A DNA stretch of 64,000 nt from Burkholderiales bacterium (lineage in GTDB: Bacteria; Pseudomonadota; Gammaproteobacteria; Burkholderiales; SG8-41): NCBI GenBank assembly GCA_019749945.1, contig JAIEPF010000023.1, forward strand, positions 9,786-73,785, in the 5' to 3' direction. Below, in pieces: positions 28,897 through 38,999 of the stretch. The notes under the pieces are model-generated. The model worked only from the letters and a program-made list of their open reading frames with translations. It did not search any database and was not told the origin of the DNA. Made by a program: the position numbers and the translations under genes. Position 1 is the stretch's first letter, and each line of letters begins with the position of its first letter.

Positions 28897-29484
28897 TTAT
28901 TTGCCGAATACCCAGTCCGGCACCGCGCCCCACAACGCGGCGATGCCGAGCAGCGCAAAAATCAGCGCGGCCATCGCATGCACGACCATGGGCGAAATCC
29001 TGCGTGTGGCCATTTCACCGAGCAGCACGGCCGGCACATTGGCGATCATCATGCCCAGCGTGGTGCCGAGCACCACGGCGGCGAGGTCATCAAAACGCGC
29101 CGCCAGTGCAATGGTGGCGATCTGTGTCTTGTCGGCCATCTCGGCCAGGAAAAACGCAATCACCGTGGCACCGAACACGCCCAGCGGCGCGCGCGGCGTT
29201 TCGGCCGCGGCGGGATCGAGCTTGTCGGGAACCAGCATCCACGCCGCCATGCCGAGAAACGACAGGCCGAGAATCCAGCGCAGCGCATCGGCGCCGAGGA
29301 TTGCAGCGCCCCATGCGCCGACAGTGCCGGCAAGGGCGTGATTGACCAGGGTCGCGACCAGAATGCCGGCGATGATCGGCCACGGTTTTTTGAACCGTGC
29401 GGCCAGCACCAGCGCCAGCAGCTGGGTCTTGTCGCCGATTTCAGCGAGCGCGACGATGCCGGTGGAAATTAGAAAAGCGTCCAT
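28897..29484 (-). CDS. UPF0016 (GDT1/TMEM165) family membrane protein, putative Mn/Ca exporter
   Basis: Two E-x-G-D-K-T repeats (AEIGDKTQ, AEMADKTQ). ATG 29484 gives MDAFLISTGIV. The upstream ORF extension was rejected. Confidence 0.85.
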   Translation of the reverse strand: MDAFLISTGIVALAEIGDKTQLLALVLAARFKKPWPIIAGILVATLVNHALAGTVGAWGAAILGADALRWILGLSFLGMAAWMLVPDKLDPAAAETPRAPLGVFGATVIAFFLAEMADKTQIATIALAARFDDLAAVVLGTTLGMMIANVPAVLLGEMATRRISPMVVHAMAALIFALLGIAALWGAVPDWVFGK

Positions 29485-29699
29485 GAAGGGGGCTTGATTG
29501 AGGGCGCGGACTGTAACGGAATGCCGCCCGCGTCGCAATGCGCGCGGGTCCGCATGCTGCAGTTGCGCGTGGCCCCCTGCCCGGTAATTCTGTAAGCTGC
29601 GCATGCGCGGCGCATGAGGCGATGAGCCGCAGCGCAACACATCATAAAATATCAATAAAAACAATCAGTTATGGCTAACCCACCAAAGTAAAGACCCAC

Positions 29700-30335
29700 A
29701 TGGCCACTTTATTTTCCAAGCTGATGCCGCGCGAGGGACGTTTTTTCGATTTTTTCAATGCCCATGCGCTGCGTATCGTGGAAGGCAGCCAGGAACTGGT
29801 CGGGCTGATGGCGAACCTGCCGCAGGCCGAGGCCTATACGCGGCGCATCGATGATGCCGAGCGCGCCGCCGACAAGGTGACCCACGACACGCTGCTGGTG
29901 CTGCACAGCACGTTCATCACACCGATCGACCGCGACCAGATCCACCAGCTGATCACCAGCATGGATGACATCCTCGACCTGATCCAGGACGTTGCCGAAT
30001 CCCTGCTGTTGTACGACATCCAGCGTGTGACGCCGGAAGCCGAGCAGCTGGCGCAGATCTGCAACATGACCTGTGAGCGGGTGAAAACCGCCGTCGGCCT
30101 GCTGTCCAACCTCAGTGCGCCGCAGGCGATACTCAAGACCTGCGAGGAAATCGACCGCCTGGAATCGGATGCCGACCGCGTGATGCGTTCGGCGATGTCG
30201 CGGCTGTTCCGCGATGAATCCGACCTGAAGCAGGTGTTCAAGCTGCGCTCGGTCTACATGCTGCTCGAGGAAATCACCGACCGCTGCGAGGATGTGGCGA
30301 ACATCATCGAAGGCATCGTGCTCGAGCACGCCTAG
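29700..30335 (+). CDS. DUF47 family protein (PhoU-like partner of Pit)
   Basis: FSKLMPREGRFFDFF N-terminus typical of the YkaA/DUF47 family. Immediately upstream of a PiT transporter. Confidence 0.85.
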   Translation: MATLFSKLMPREGRFFDFFNAHALRIVEGSQELVGLMANLPQAEAYTRRIDDAERAADKVTHDTLLVLHSTFITPIDRDQIHQLITSMDDILDLIQDVAESLLLYDIQRVTPEAEQLAQICNMTCERVKTAVGLLSNLSAPQAILKTCEEIDRLESDADRVMRSAMSRLFRDESDLKQVFKLRSVYMLLEEITDRCEDVANIIEGIVLEHA

Positions 30336-30353
30336 GCGGTCGCGGTCTTAATC

Positions 30354-31364
30354 ATGGAAACCGTCAGCATCAGCCTCGGCGTAGTCGTGTTACTGGTCGT
30401 CGTCGCTCTGGCCTTCGACTTCATGAACGGTTTTCACGACGCCGCGAACTCCATCGCCACCGTGGTCTCGACCCGGGTGCTGAAGCCCTACCAGGCGGTG
30501 ATGTGGGCGGCGTTTTTCAATTTCGCCGCACTGTTCGTGTTTCACCTGAAGGTGGCGACCACCGTCGGCCAGGGCATCATCGACGCCTCGGTGGTCGATC
30601 ACCACATCGTGTTCGGCGCGCTGGTGGGCGCGATCGCCTGGAACATCATCACCTGGTATTACGGCCTGCCGTCGAGCTCCTCGCATGCGCTGATCGGCGG
30701 CCTGATCGGCGCGGCCGTCGCCAAAAGCGGGTTCTGGGCGCTGCAGAGCGCCGGCATTTACAAAACCCTGCTGTTCATCGTGATCTCGCCGACACTGGGA
30801 TTCCTGCTTGCCGGGTTTTTGATGGTGGCGGTATCGTGGATCTGCCGGCGCACGACCCCGGCGCGGGTCGATCGCTGGTTCCGGCGCTTGCAATTGGTAT
30901 CGGCGGCCGCGTACAGCCTGGGGCATGGCGGCAACGACGCGCAAAAAACCATGGGCATCATCGTCATGCTGCTGATTGCCGCGGGCCTGACGGGGCCCAA
31001 GGATCCGATCCCGATGTGGGTGGTGATTTCCTGCTACGTGACCATTTCGCTGGGCACCATGTTCGGCGGCTGGCGCATCGTCAGGACCATGGGCCAGAAA
31101 ATCACCAAGCTGAAACCGGTGGGCGGCTTTTGCGCGGAAACCGGCGGCGCGATGACGCTGTTCCTCGCCACCGGCCTCGGCATCCCGGTCTCCACCACGC
31201 ACACCATCACCGGAGCCATCGTCGGCGTCGGTTCGGCACATTCGATTTCCGCCGTGCGCTGGGGGGTTGCCGGCAATATCGTGCTGGCGTGGATACTGAC
31301 CATACCCTGCGCCGCGACCATGGCGGCGATCGCGTGGTGGGCGAGCTTCAGCCTGTTTTCCTGA
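30354..31364 (+). CDS. pit: inorganic phosphate transporter, PiT family
   Basis: FDFMNGFHDAANSIAT and GHGGNDAQKTMG PHO4 signatures. Multi-TM. Confidence 0.93.
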   Translation: METVSISLGVVVLLVVVALAFDFMNGFHDAANSIATVVSTRVLKPYQAVMWAAFFNFAALFVFHLKVATTVGQGIIDASVVDHHIVFGALVGAIAWNIITWYYGLPSSSSHALIGGLIGAAVAKSGFWALQSAGIYKTLLFIVISPTLGFLLAGFLMVAVSWICRRTTPARVDRWFRRLQLVSAAAYSLGHGGNDAQKTMGIIVMLLIAAGLTGPKDPIPMWVVISCYVTISLGTMFGGWRIVRTMGQKITKLKPVGGFCAETGGAMTLFLATGLGIPVSTTHTITGAIVGVGSAHSISAVRWGVAGNIVLAWILTIPCAATMAAIAWWASFSLFS

Positions 31365-31387
31365 TTGCAGCGAGATGGATGTGAGCA

Positions 31388-32530
31388 ATGACCATACCTG
31401 ATGACAACAGCCACGCCGCGCTGCTGGCGCAAAGCGTCGGCGATTTCGTCAAACGCGGCGCCGACCTGCCCCGGGTGCGCGCGCTGGCACAGACCCATGC
31501 CGAATTCGACCGCGCGCAGTGGCGGCAACTGGCCGAACTGGGCTGGCTGGGCGTGCTGGCGCCGGAATCCTGCGGCGGCCTCGGACTGGGCCTGGCGGAA
31601 GCGGCGATCGTCGCCGAAGGTCTCGGCCGCGCGCTGACGCCCGAACCGTATACCGCCGTTGCCGTGCTGGCGGCGCGTGCGCTGGAACATGCCGCTGACA
31701 CGCCCTTGCGCGGTGAATTGCTGAGCGGCCTGGTGAATGGTGAGCGCGTACCCGTGGTGGCCTGCCATGAACAGGCCGACGATGTGAACGCTGTCCGGAT
31801 TGCGACCACCGCGACGCCGTTTGAAGGCGGTTTCCGCGTCAGCGGACAAAAACAATTCGTGATCGGCGCCGCCGGCGCCGACGGTTACATTGTCAGCGCT
31901 GAGTCGGCCGGTGAACTGCAGCTGTTGTGGATGCCGCGTGATGCCGCCGGCTGCGACACCGGCCTGATCCCGCTGGCCGACGGCCGCAGTTACGGCACGG
32001 TGACCCTGCAGGATGTGGCAGTGCCGCGTGAACATGTGCTGGCATCGGGCGCTGCGGCGCGCGGCGCCCTCGGCCGCGCGCTGGACCATGCCGCGGCGAT
32101 CGCTTCGGCGGAACTGGTCGGCGTGATGAAATGCGCCCACGAGATGAGTCTCGACTACATGAAAACACGGGTGCAGTTCGGCAAGGCCATCGGCAGCTTC
32201 CAGGCGCTGCAGCACCGCGCCGTCGATCTCTACATCCAGCAGGAGCTCGCTGACGCGGTATTGCGTGAAGTGGTGGCTCTGCTCGACGCGGCCCCCGACG
32301 ACAATACCCGCGCGTTGCACGCCAGCCGCGCCAAGTCGCGCTGCGCGGAAGCCGCGCTGGCGATCACCCGCGCCGCGATCCAGTTTCACGGCGCGATCGG
32401 TTTCACCGAAGACTGTGATGTCGGACTCTATGTGAAGCGGGCGATGACCCTGTCGGCGTGGCTGGGCAACGGCCGCGCGCACCGGTTGCGGTATGCCCGC
32501 CTGGCAGCGCAGGGGAGGGCGGCGGCATGA
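31388..32530 (+). CDS. acyl-CoA dehydrogenase family protein (no YEGT-type catalytic motif seen)
   Basis: ACAD fold recognisable (FKVSGQKQFVIGA, FGKAIGSFQALQHR). The C-terminus lacks the Y-E-G-T/S-x-E-I segment. ATGA-coupled to the next ACAD. Confidence 0.8.
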   Translation: MTIPDDNSHAALLAQSVGDFVKRGADLPRVRALAQTHAEFDRAQWRQLAELGWLGVLAPESCGGLGLGLAEAAIVAEGLGRALTPEPYTAVAVLAARALEHAADTPLRGELLSGLVNGERVPVVACHEQADDVNAVRIATTATPFEGGFRVSGQKQFVIGAAGADGYIVSAESAGELQLLWMPRDAAGCDTGLIPLADGRSYGTVTLQDVAVPREHVLASGAAARGALGRALDHAAAIASAELVGVMKCAHEMSLDYMKTRVQFGKAIGSFQALQHRAVDLYIQQELADAVLREVVALLDAAPDDNTRALHASRAKSRCAEAALAITRAAIQFHGAIGFTEDCDVGLYVKRAMTLSAWLGNGRAHRLRYARLAAQGRAAA

Positions 32531-33678
32531 AGGACTGGAATGCGATCGACGATGAGGCCTTCCGTGCCGAGGCCAGGGGTTTTTTCGAAACGGAATTTCC
32601 TGCCGAATTCAAATTCCTGCCGCGCCGCATGCGCTGGCATGAATGCCGCGACTGGTACCTGAAGCTGTCGAAAAAAGGCTGGCTGGCGCCCAACTGGCCG
32701 CGCGAGCATGGCGGCATGGGATTGTCGCCGACGAAGCTGCTGATTTATTTCGAGGAAACCGAACGCGCCGGTGTCGGCCGCATGCCCGACCAGGGAATCA
32801 CCATGGTGGGGCCGACGCTGATCCGTTTCGGCAATGACGCGCAGCGCGCGTTTTTTCTGCCCAAAATCCTCGCCGGCGACGCGATCTGGTGCCAGGGTTA
32901 TTCCGAACCCAACGCCGGCTCTGACCTTGCCAGTTTACGCACCGAAGCGGTATTGGACGGTGATGATTACGTCATCAACGGCAGCAAGATCTGGACCTCG
33001 ATGGCGCACGACGCGACGCATATCTACGTGCTTGCGCGCACCGACAGGCAGGCAAAGAAAAAGCAGGAAGGCATCAGCTTCCTGCTGGTCGACATGAAAA
33101 CGCCGGGCATCACCTTGCGCACCATCCGCAACATCGCCGGCCATGAAGAGTTCTGCCAGGTGTTTTTCGACAATGTGCGCACGCCGAAAAAAAACCTGGT
33201 CGGCGAATTGCACAAGGGCTGGACCATCGCCAAGGGTCTGCTCGGTTTCGAGCGGCTCAACATCGGCAGTCCGCGGCGGCCGCTGCAGGCGCTGGAAAAA
33301 CTGGAAGCCCTGGCCGGGGCGCGCGGCCTGCTCAATGACGCCGCATTTAGCGAACGGCTGACACAGTTGAAGCTGGATCTGGCCGACCTCGGTTCGCTGT
33401 ATGGTCGCTATGTCGAACGCGCGCGCCGCGGTGAAGCGCTGGGCCAGGACGTATCGATGCTCAAGGTGTGGTCGATGGAAACCTACCAGCGCCTGTCCGA
33501 ACTGCTGATCGAGGCCGCCGGTGATTACGCCGCGATCGAAGGCGAAGTGGCGATGAACGGGGCCAGCATCGACGTGTTGTCGCCCTTCTACAACTCGCGG
33601 CCGGGCACCATCTACGGCGGCTCCAATGAAATCCAGCGCAACATCCTCGCCAAGTACGTGTTGAACCTGCCGTCCTGA
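32527..33678 (+). CDS. acyl-CoA dehydrogenase family protein
   Basis: WCQGYSEPNAGSDLASL, INGSKIWTS, IYGGSNEIQRNI motifs. ATG 32527 overlaps the upstream stop. Confidence 0.88.
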   Translation: MKDWNAIDDEAFRAEARGFFETEFPAEFKFLPRRMRWHECRDWYLKLSKKGWLAPNWPREHGGMGLSPTKLLIYFEETERAGVGRMPDQGITMVGPTLIRFGNDAQRAFFLPKILAGDAIWCQGYSEPNAGSDLASLRTEAVLDGDDYVINGSKIWTSMAHDATHIYVLARTDRQAKKKQEGISFLLVDMKTPGITLRTIRNIAGHEEFCQVFFDNVRTPKKNLVGELHKGWTIAKGLLGFERLNIGSPRRPLQALEKLEALAGARGLLNDAAFSERLTQLKLDLADLGSLYGRYVERARRGEALGQDVSMLKVWSMETYQRLSELLIEAAGDYAAIEGEVAMNGASIDVLSPFYNSRPGTIYGGSNEIQRNILAKYVLNLPS

Positions 33679-33694
33679 CGTAAACAGATTTTCC

Positions 33695-35773
33695 ATGGCG
33701 CGCTCGCGGGCGGCGGCTGCCGCACCCCACCCTTCGCTGGCCGGACTCAGTGCCGGCACGCTGGCGCGGCTGGCAAAACTCGGCATCACGCGCCGTTTCG
33801 ACCTGGTGCTGCACCTGCCGCTGCGTTATGACGATGAAACCAGCCTTTGTCCGATAGCTGATGCCTTGCCCGGGCAGGAGTTGCTGGTGCAGGGCACGGT
33901 CACCGGTTGCGACATCAAGTACCGCCCGAAGCGGCAACTGGTGTGCCGCATCAGCGACGGCAGCGGTGAGCTGACGCTGCGTTTCCTCAATTTCTACGGC
34001 AGCCAGGTCAAGACGCTGGCGCCGGGCAATGTGATCCGCGTATTCGGCAGCGTGCGTCTCGGCCATTTCGGCGCCGAGATGGTCCATCCGCGTTATCGCG
34101 TGGTGGCGGCGGATGCGCCGGTGGCCAAAGTGCTGACGCCGATCTATCCGACCACTGCGGGCCTCGGCCAGGACAGCCTGCGCCGCCTGATTGCGCGCGC
34201 GCTGGACAGCGAATCGCTGGCGGAAACGCTGCCGGCGGCATTACCCGTATCCCTGGGCATGCCATCGTTCGCAGCCGCAGTGCGGCTGCTGCACAACCCG
34301 CCGCCCGACATTGCCCAGGCCGCATTGCAGGGCCGTGTGCATCCGGCCTGGCGGCGCATGAAATTCGATGAACTGCTGGCGCAGCAGTTGTCGATGCGCG
34401 TGCATTACCGGCGCCGGCGTGCGGCCGGCGCACCGGTGCTGAAGGCGCGCGGCAAGCTGGTCAATGCGCTGCTGCAGCGCCTGCCCTTCCAGCTGACCCG
34501 CGCGCAGAACACGGTGCTGGCGCAGATCCGCGAAGACATCGGCCAGGCGCATCCGATGCAGCGCCTGCTGCAGGGCGACGTCGGCAGCGGCAAAACCGTG
34601 GTGGCAGCGCTGGCGGCATTGCAGTGCGTGGAAAACGGTTACCAGGCGGCGGTGATGGCGCCGACGGAAATTCTCGCCGAACAGCATTACCGCAAATTCA
34701 CCGAGTGGCTGGCGCCACTGAATATCCATATTGCGTGGATTTCCGGCGGAATTAAAAAAAGTGATAAAAAACAAATAGTTACGGAGGTTGCCCAGGGTAA
34801 GGCGCAAATCGTCGTCGGTACCCACGCACTGTTCGAAGAGGAAGTGGTGTTCAAGAACCTGGGCCTCGCGGTGATCGATGAACAGCACCGTTTCGGCGTG
34901 CATCAACGGCTCGCGTTGCGCATGAAGGGCACTCAATCCAACAAAGGTGCTCAGCCGCATCAGCTGATGATGAGCGCGACACCGATTCCGCGCACGCTGG
35001 CGATGAGTTATTACGCCGATCTCGATGTGTCTGTGATCGATGAATTGCCGCCGGGACGCACGCCGGTGCTGACCAAGCTGGTGGCGGAGGAGCGGCGCGA
35101 TGAAGTGATCCAGCGCGTGCGCGATGCCTGCATGGATGGTCGTCAGGCGTACTGGGTGTGTCCGCTGATTGAAGAATCGGAAAAGCTCCAGCTGCAGACC
35201 GCGCTGGATACCCATGCCCACCTGCAGCAGACCTTCCCGGAATTGCGCGTCGGCCTGGTGCACGGCCGGCTGAAGTCCGCGGAAAAGCAGCAGGTGATGA
35301 CGGCATTCAAGAACGGCGAAGTGCAGCTGCTGGTCGCCACCACGGTGATCGAGGTCGGCGTCGACGTGCCCAATGCCTCGCTGATGGTGATCGAACACGC
35401 CGAACGCATGGGCCTGTCGCAGATGCACCAATTGCGCGGCCGCGTCGGCCGTGGTGCTGCGGAGAGCACCTGTGTGCTGCTTTATCAGGGCAAGCTGTCG
35501 CCGAATGCGCGGGAACGGCTGAAGGTGATCTACGAACACACCGACGGCTTCGAGATTGCGCGGCATGATTTGAATCTGCGCGGACCCGGGGAATTGCTCG
35601 GAGCTCGGCAGAGCGGGGTGCCGATGTTGCGGTTTGCGGATTTGGCGGTGGATCTGGATTTGCTGGATGCGGCACGGGATGCGGCGGAGATGTTGTTGCG
35701 GGATGAACCGGAGGCGGCCAAGGCGCATTTGGCTCGGTGGCTTGGTGGGCGGAATGAGTATTTGAAGGTGTAA
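33695..35773 (+). CDS. recG: ATP-dependent DNA helicase RecG
   Basis: Wedge domain plus SF2 helicase motifs (GDVGSGKT, DEQHRFG, MSATPIPRT, QLRGRVGRG). Confidence 0.96.
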   Translation: MARSRAAAAAPHPSLAGLSAGTLARLAKLGITRRFDLVLHLPLRYDDETSLCPIADALPGQELLVQGTVTGCDIKYRPKRQLVCRISDGSGELTLRFLNFYGSQVKTLAPGNVIRVFGSVRLGHFGAEMVHPRYRVVAADAPVAKVLTPIYPTTAGLGQDSLRRLIARALDSESLAETLPAALPVSLGMPSFAAAVRLLHNPPPDIAQAALQGRVHPAWRRMKFDELLAQQLSMRVHYRRRRAAGAPVLKARGKLVNALLQRLPFQLTRAQNTVLAQIREDIGQAHPMQRLLQGDVGSGKTVVAALAALQCVENGYQAAVMAPTEILAEQHYRKFTEWLAPLNIHIAWISGGIKKSDKKQIVTEVAQGKAQIVVGTHALFEEEVVFKNLGLAVIDEQHRFGVHQRLALRMKGTQSNKGAQPHQLMMSATPIPRTLAMSYYADLDVSVIDELPPGRTPVLTKLVAEERRDEVIQRVRDACMDGRQAYWVCPLIEESEKLQLQTALDTHAHLQQTFPELRVGLVHGRLKSAEKQQVMTAFKNGEVQLLVATTVIEVGVDVPNASLMVIEHAERMGLSQMHQLRGRVGRGAAESTCVLLYQGKLSPNARERLKVIYEHTDGFEIARHDLNLRGPGELLGARQSGVPMLRFADLAVDLDLLDAARDAAEMLLRDEPEAAKAHLARWLGGRNEYLKV

Positions 35774-35859
35774 TGGTTTCTTTTTATGTTGAACAAGACA
35801 TAGGCAAGACAACACCCCCATGTGAGTCGCCGAGCAGCGCAGCCGGTTCAGGGGTAGTC

Positions 35860-36020
35860 GGCGAGGACTGTCTGAGTCCTTGCCGAAGGCAAGGGCGAGT
35901 TGCGCGCCCCGAAGGAAGTCACCTTGGGTGGCAGCCGCCTGAATCGGCGAGCCCCTTCTCTTTGGTTACTTTCTCTTGGCGAAGCAAGAGAAAGTGACTA
36001 GCCGCCGGGCTACCCCCGGC
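35860..36020. repeat. multi-hairpin REP/MITE-like non-coding element
   Basis: Hairpins at 35864-35880 (AGGACT/AGTCCT), 35878-35894 (CCTTGCC/GGCAAGG), 35965-35998 (14-bp stem with one G.U) and 36004-36020 (GCCGGG/CCCGGC). No credible coding potential. Confidence 0.45.
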
Positions 36021-36071
36021 GAACTTGCAGTGCTTGATGCGATAATCCGGCATCCAAAATCCCGTTTATTT

Positions 36072-36605
36072 GTGAAATCCATTCCCCAAGATTCTTCCTG
36101 GTGTTCTGCGCCCGTGGCAGCCGGCGCATTGCGCCGCTGGCTCACCGATCCCGGTTCTTTGACAGCGCGACTGGAGCGGCATGCCGGGGCGATCAAGGTG
36201 AAGGTGTTGTTTCAGGGTTTGCGTCGGGTCAATCGTGACGAGGCGTTTTTGTTTGCGGCGCCGGCGCGGCGCGTGATGGTGCGTGAGGTGTTGTTGCTGC
36301 GCGGGACGACGCCGCTGGTATTTGCGCACACCGTGTTTGCCGCCGGCGGATTGCGCGGCGCCTGGCGCGGCATTGCCGGGCTGGGCAACCGGCCGCTGGG
36401 CGCGGCGCTGTTTGCCGATCCGCGGATTGCGCGCTTTCCGCTGCGCCAGAAAAAACTGCCGCGCACGCATCCGCTGTATCGCGGTGCTGCGGCGCAGCTG
36501 AAAAAAATGCCACCGCCATTGTGGGCGCGCCGCTCAATCTTCGCCGCGGGCAAATCGCCTATACTGGTCAGCGAAGTCTTTTTGCCGGCAATACTCGACC
36601 TGTGA
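36072..36605 (+). CDS. ubiC: chorismate pyruvate-lyase
   Basis: LRRWLTDPGSLTARLE and WARRS...ILVSEVFLP motifs. The start is uncertain (GTG 36072 gives about 177 aa). The ORF start at 35976 would read through the hairpin element. Confidence 0.8.
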   Translation: MKSIPQDSSWCSAPVAAGALRRWLTDPGSLTARLERHAGAIKVKVLFQGLRRVNRDEAFLFAAPARRVMVREVLLLRGTTPLVFAHTVFAAGGLRGAWRGIAGLGNRPLGAALFADPRIARFPLRQKKLPRTHPLYRGAAAQLKKMPPPLWARRSIFAAGKSPILVSEVFLPAILDL

Positions 36606-37486
36606 CACTGACAATCAAGCAGCGACTGACCGCCTACGAAAAGCTGATGCGGCTCGACAAGCCCATCGGCATCCTGCTGCTGTTGTGGCCGACCTTGTGG
36701 GGTTTGTGGTTTGCCGCCGGTGGTTTGCCGCCGCCGGACGTGCTGCTGATTTTTTTCACCGGCACGGTGTTGATGCGCTGCGCCGGCTGCGTGGTCAACG
36801 ATTACGCCGACCGCAACTTCGATCCCCATGTCGAGCGCACCAAAGACCGGCCGCTGGCCGCCGGCACCATCCGCCCCGCCGAAGCGCTGCTGCTTGCAGG
36901 GGTGTTGATGCTGCTGGCCTTCGGCCTGGCGCTGTTCCTCAGCCCGCTGACCATCAGGCTCGCTTTCGTTGCGGCGGCGCTTGCCGTCATCTATCCCTAT
37001 GTGAAGCGGGTGTTTCCCCTGCCGCAGGCCTGGCTGGGCATCGCCTTCGGCTTCGGCATCCCGATGGCCTATGCCGAGTTGTGGCATGCGCTGCCGCGCG
37101 TGGCCTGGCTGCTGCTGGTCGCGAACGTGTTCTGGGCGATCGCCTATGACACCGCGTATGCGATGGTCGACCGCGATGATGACCTGAAAATCGGCGTGAA
37201 ATCTTCCGCCATCCTGTTCGGTCGTTACGATGTGGCCGGCGTGATGTCTGCGCATGCGGTGTTTATCGGCTTGATGGCCTGGATCGGCTGGTGGCAGATG
37301 CGCGATGTGTTCTATTTCGCCGGGCTGTTGGCAGCGGTGGCGCTGGTGCTGTACCAGTACGGTCTCATCCGTAACCGCACGCGCGAAGGCGCATTCAAGG
37401 CATTTCTCAGCAACAACTGGATGGGCTGCGTGATTTTCATCGGACTTGCCGCCGATCTGTGGTTCGGCATCCGGATGCTGCGATGA
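36602..37486 (+). CDS. ubiA: 4-hydroxybenzoate octaprenyltransferase
   Basis: [20 protein letters not shown] and NDYADRNFD motifs. GTG 36602 overlaps the ubiC stop (GTGA) and gives 294 aa. Confidence 0.9.
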   Translation: MTLTIKQRLTAYEKLMRLDKPIGILLLLWPTLWGLWFAAGGLPPPDVLLIFFTGTVLMRCAGCVVNDYADRNFDPHVERTKDRPLAAGTIRPAEALLLAGVLMLLAFGLALFLSPLTIRLAFVAAALAVIYPYVKRVFPLPQAWLGIAFGFGIPMAYAELWHALPRVAWLLLVANVFWAIAYDTAYAMVDRDDDLKIGVKSSAILFGRYDVAGVMSAHAVFIGLMAWIGWWQMRDVFYFAGLLAAVALVLYQYGLIRNRTREGAFKAFLSNNWMGCVIFIGLAADLWFGIRMLR

Positions 37487-38958
37487 GTTATCGCGACCTG
37501 CGCGACTTCATCGCCGGCCTCGAGCGCAGCGGTGAACTGAAACGCATCAGTGTCGAAGTCGATCCGCGGCTGGAGATGACGGAAATCTGCGACCGTGTGC
37601 TGAAGCAGGGTGGCCCGGCACTGTTGTTTGAAAAACCCCGGGGTCAGCAAGCAGATCACACCATCCCCGTGCTGGCCAATCTGTTCGGCACGCCGCGGCG
37701 TGTCGCCCTGGGCATGGGCCGCGACTCGGTGGCGGCGCTGCGCGAGCTCGGCCAACTGCTGGCGCAACTGAAAGAACCCGAACCGCCGACGGGTTTGAAA
37801 GACGCCTGGGACAAGCTGCCGCTGCTGCGCCAGGTGCTGACCATGCAGCCGCGCGAAGTCAAAAATCCGCCCTGCCAGGACATCGTATGGGAAGGGAATG
37901 AGGTTGATCTCGCGCGCCTGCCGATCCAGACCTGCTGGCCCGGCGATATCGGCCCGCTGATCACCTGGGGCCTGACGGTGACGCGCGGCCCGCAGAAAAC
38001 GCGGCAGAACCTCGGCATCTACCGGCAGCAGGTGATCGGCCGCAACAGACTGATCATGCGCTGGCTGGCGCAGCGCGGCGGAGCACTCGATTACCGCGAC
38101 CATTGCCTGGCGCATCCGCGTGAGCCCTTTCCGGTGGCGGTGGCGCTGGGGGCCGATCCGGCGACCATGCTCGGCGCGGTGACGCCGGTGCCGGACTCCT
38201 TGTCCGAATACCAGTTCGCCGGTTTGCTGCGCGGCGAAAAAACCGAAATCGCATCTTGCCTGAGCCACACGTTGAAAGTGCCGGCGCGTGCCGAGATCGT
38301 GCTCGAAGGTTTCATCCATCCCAATGACACCGCGCTGGAAGGTCCCTTCGGCGACCACACCGGTTATTACAACGAACAGGAACGCTTCCCGGTGCTGACC
38401 GTCGAGCGCATCACCCTGCGCCGCGATCCGATCTACCACTCGACCTATACCGGCAAACCGCCGGATGAACCCGCGGTGCTGGGCGAGGCGCTGAACGAAG
38501 TCTTCGTGCCGCTGCTGGTCAAACAGTTTCCGGAAATCGTCGACTTCTACCTGCCGCCCGAAGGCTGTTCGTACCGCATCGCCTGCGTCAGCATGAAAAA
38601 ACAGTACCCGGGCCACGCCAAGCGTGTGATGTTCGGCATCTGGAGTTTCCTGCGCCAGTTCATGTACACCAAGTTCATCATCGTCACCGACGATGACATC
38701 AATGTGCGCGACTGGAAGGAAGTGATGTGGGCGCTGACCACCCGCGTTGATCCGCGGCGCGACACGCTGATCGCCGATGCGACACCGATCGATTATCTCG
38801 ATTTCGCCAGTCCGGTGAGCGGGCTCGGTTCGAAGATGGGCATCGATGCCACCAACAAGTGGCCGGCGGAAACGAATCGCGAGTGGGGCACGCCGATTGT
38901 GATGAGCGATGAAGTGAAGCGGCGCGTGGATGCGCTGTGGGCATCGCTGAAGCTGTAA
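37483..38958 (+). CDS. ubiD: 3-octaprenyl-4-hydroxybenzoate carboxy-lyase (UbiD family)
   Basis: [23 protein letters not shown]-terminus, full-length UbiD fold. ATGA overlap with ubiA. Confidence 0.93.
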   Translation: MSYRDLRDFIAGLERSGELKRISVEVDPRLEMTEICDRVLKQGGPALLFEKPRGQQADHTIPVLANLFGTPRRVALGMGRDSVAALRELGQLLAQLKEPEPPTGLKDAWDKLPLLRQVLTMQPREVKNPPCQDIVWEGNEVDLARLPIQTCWPGDIGPLITWGLTVTRGPQKTRQNLGIYRQQVIGRNRLIMRWLAQRGGALDYRDHCLAHPREPFPVAVALGADPATMLGAVTPVPDSLSEYQFAGLLRGEKTEIASCLSHTLKVPARAEIVLEGFIHPNDTALEGPFGDHTGYYNEQERFPVLTVERITLRRDPIYHSTYTGKPPDEPAVLGEALNEVFVPLLVKQFPEIVDFYLPPEGCSYRIACVSMKKQYPGHAKRVMFGIWSFLRQFMYTKFIIVTDDDINVRDWKEVMWALTTRVDPRRDTLIADATPIDYLDFASPVSGLGSKMGIDATNKWPAETNREWGTPIVMSDEVKRRVDALWASLKL

Positions 38959-38999
38959 TGCGCCGGCCCTGCCGGATCATCAGCGGCGGCTGAAGACCA

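Noticed and set aside
29485-29699. Possible yybP-ykoY Mn riboswitch upstream of the UPF0016 exporter-like gene
   Set aside because: I read the minus-strand leader and did not find the conserved GGGGAGUAG or UUGACA-type elements. Only short GCATGC-type palindromes are present (e.g. CATGCGC-G-GCGCATG at 29602-29616). A covariance-model scan would be decisive.
35773-36071. 74-aa ORF and the long N-terminal extension of ubiC
   Set aside because: The region is a stack of hairpins. The translated peptides are low-complexity, and UbiC homology (WL.D.GSLT) fits a start near 36072.
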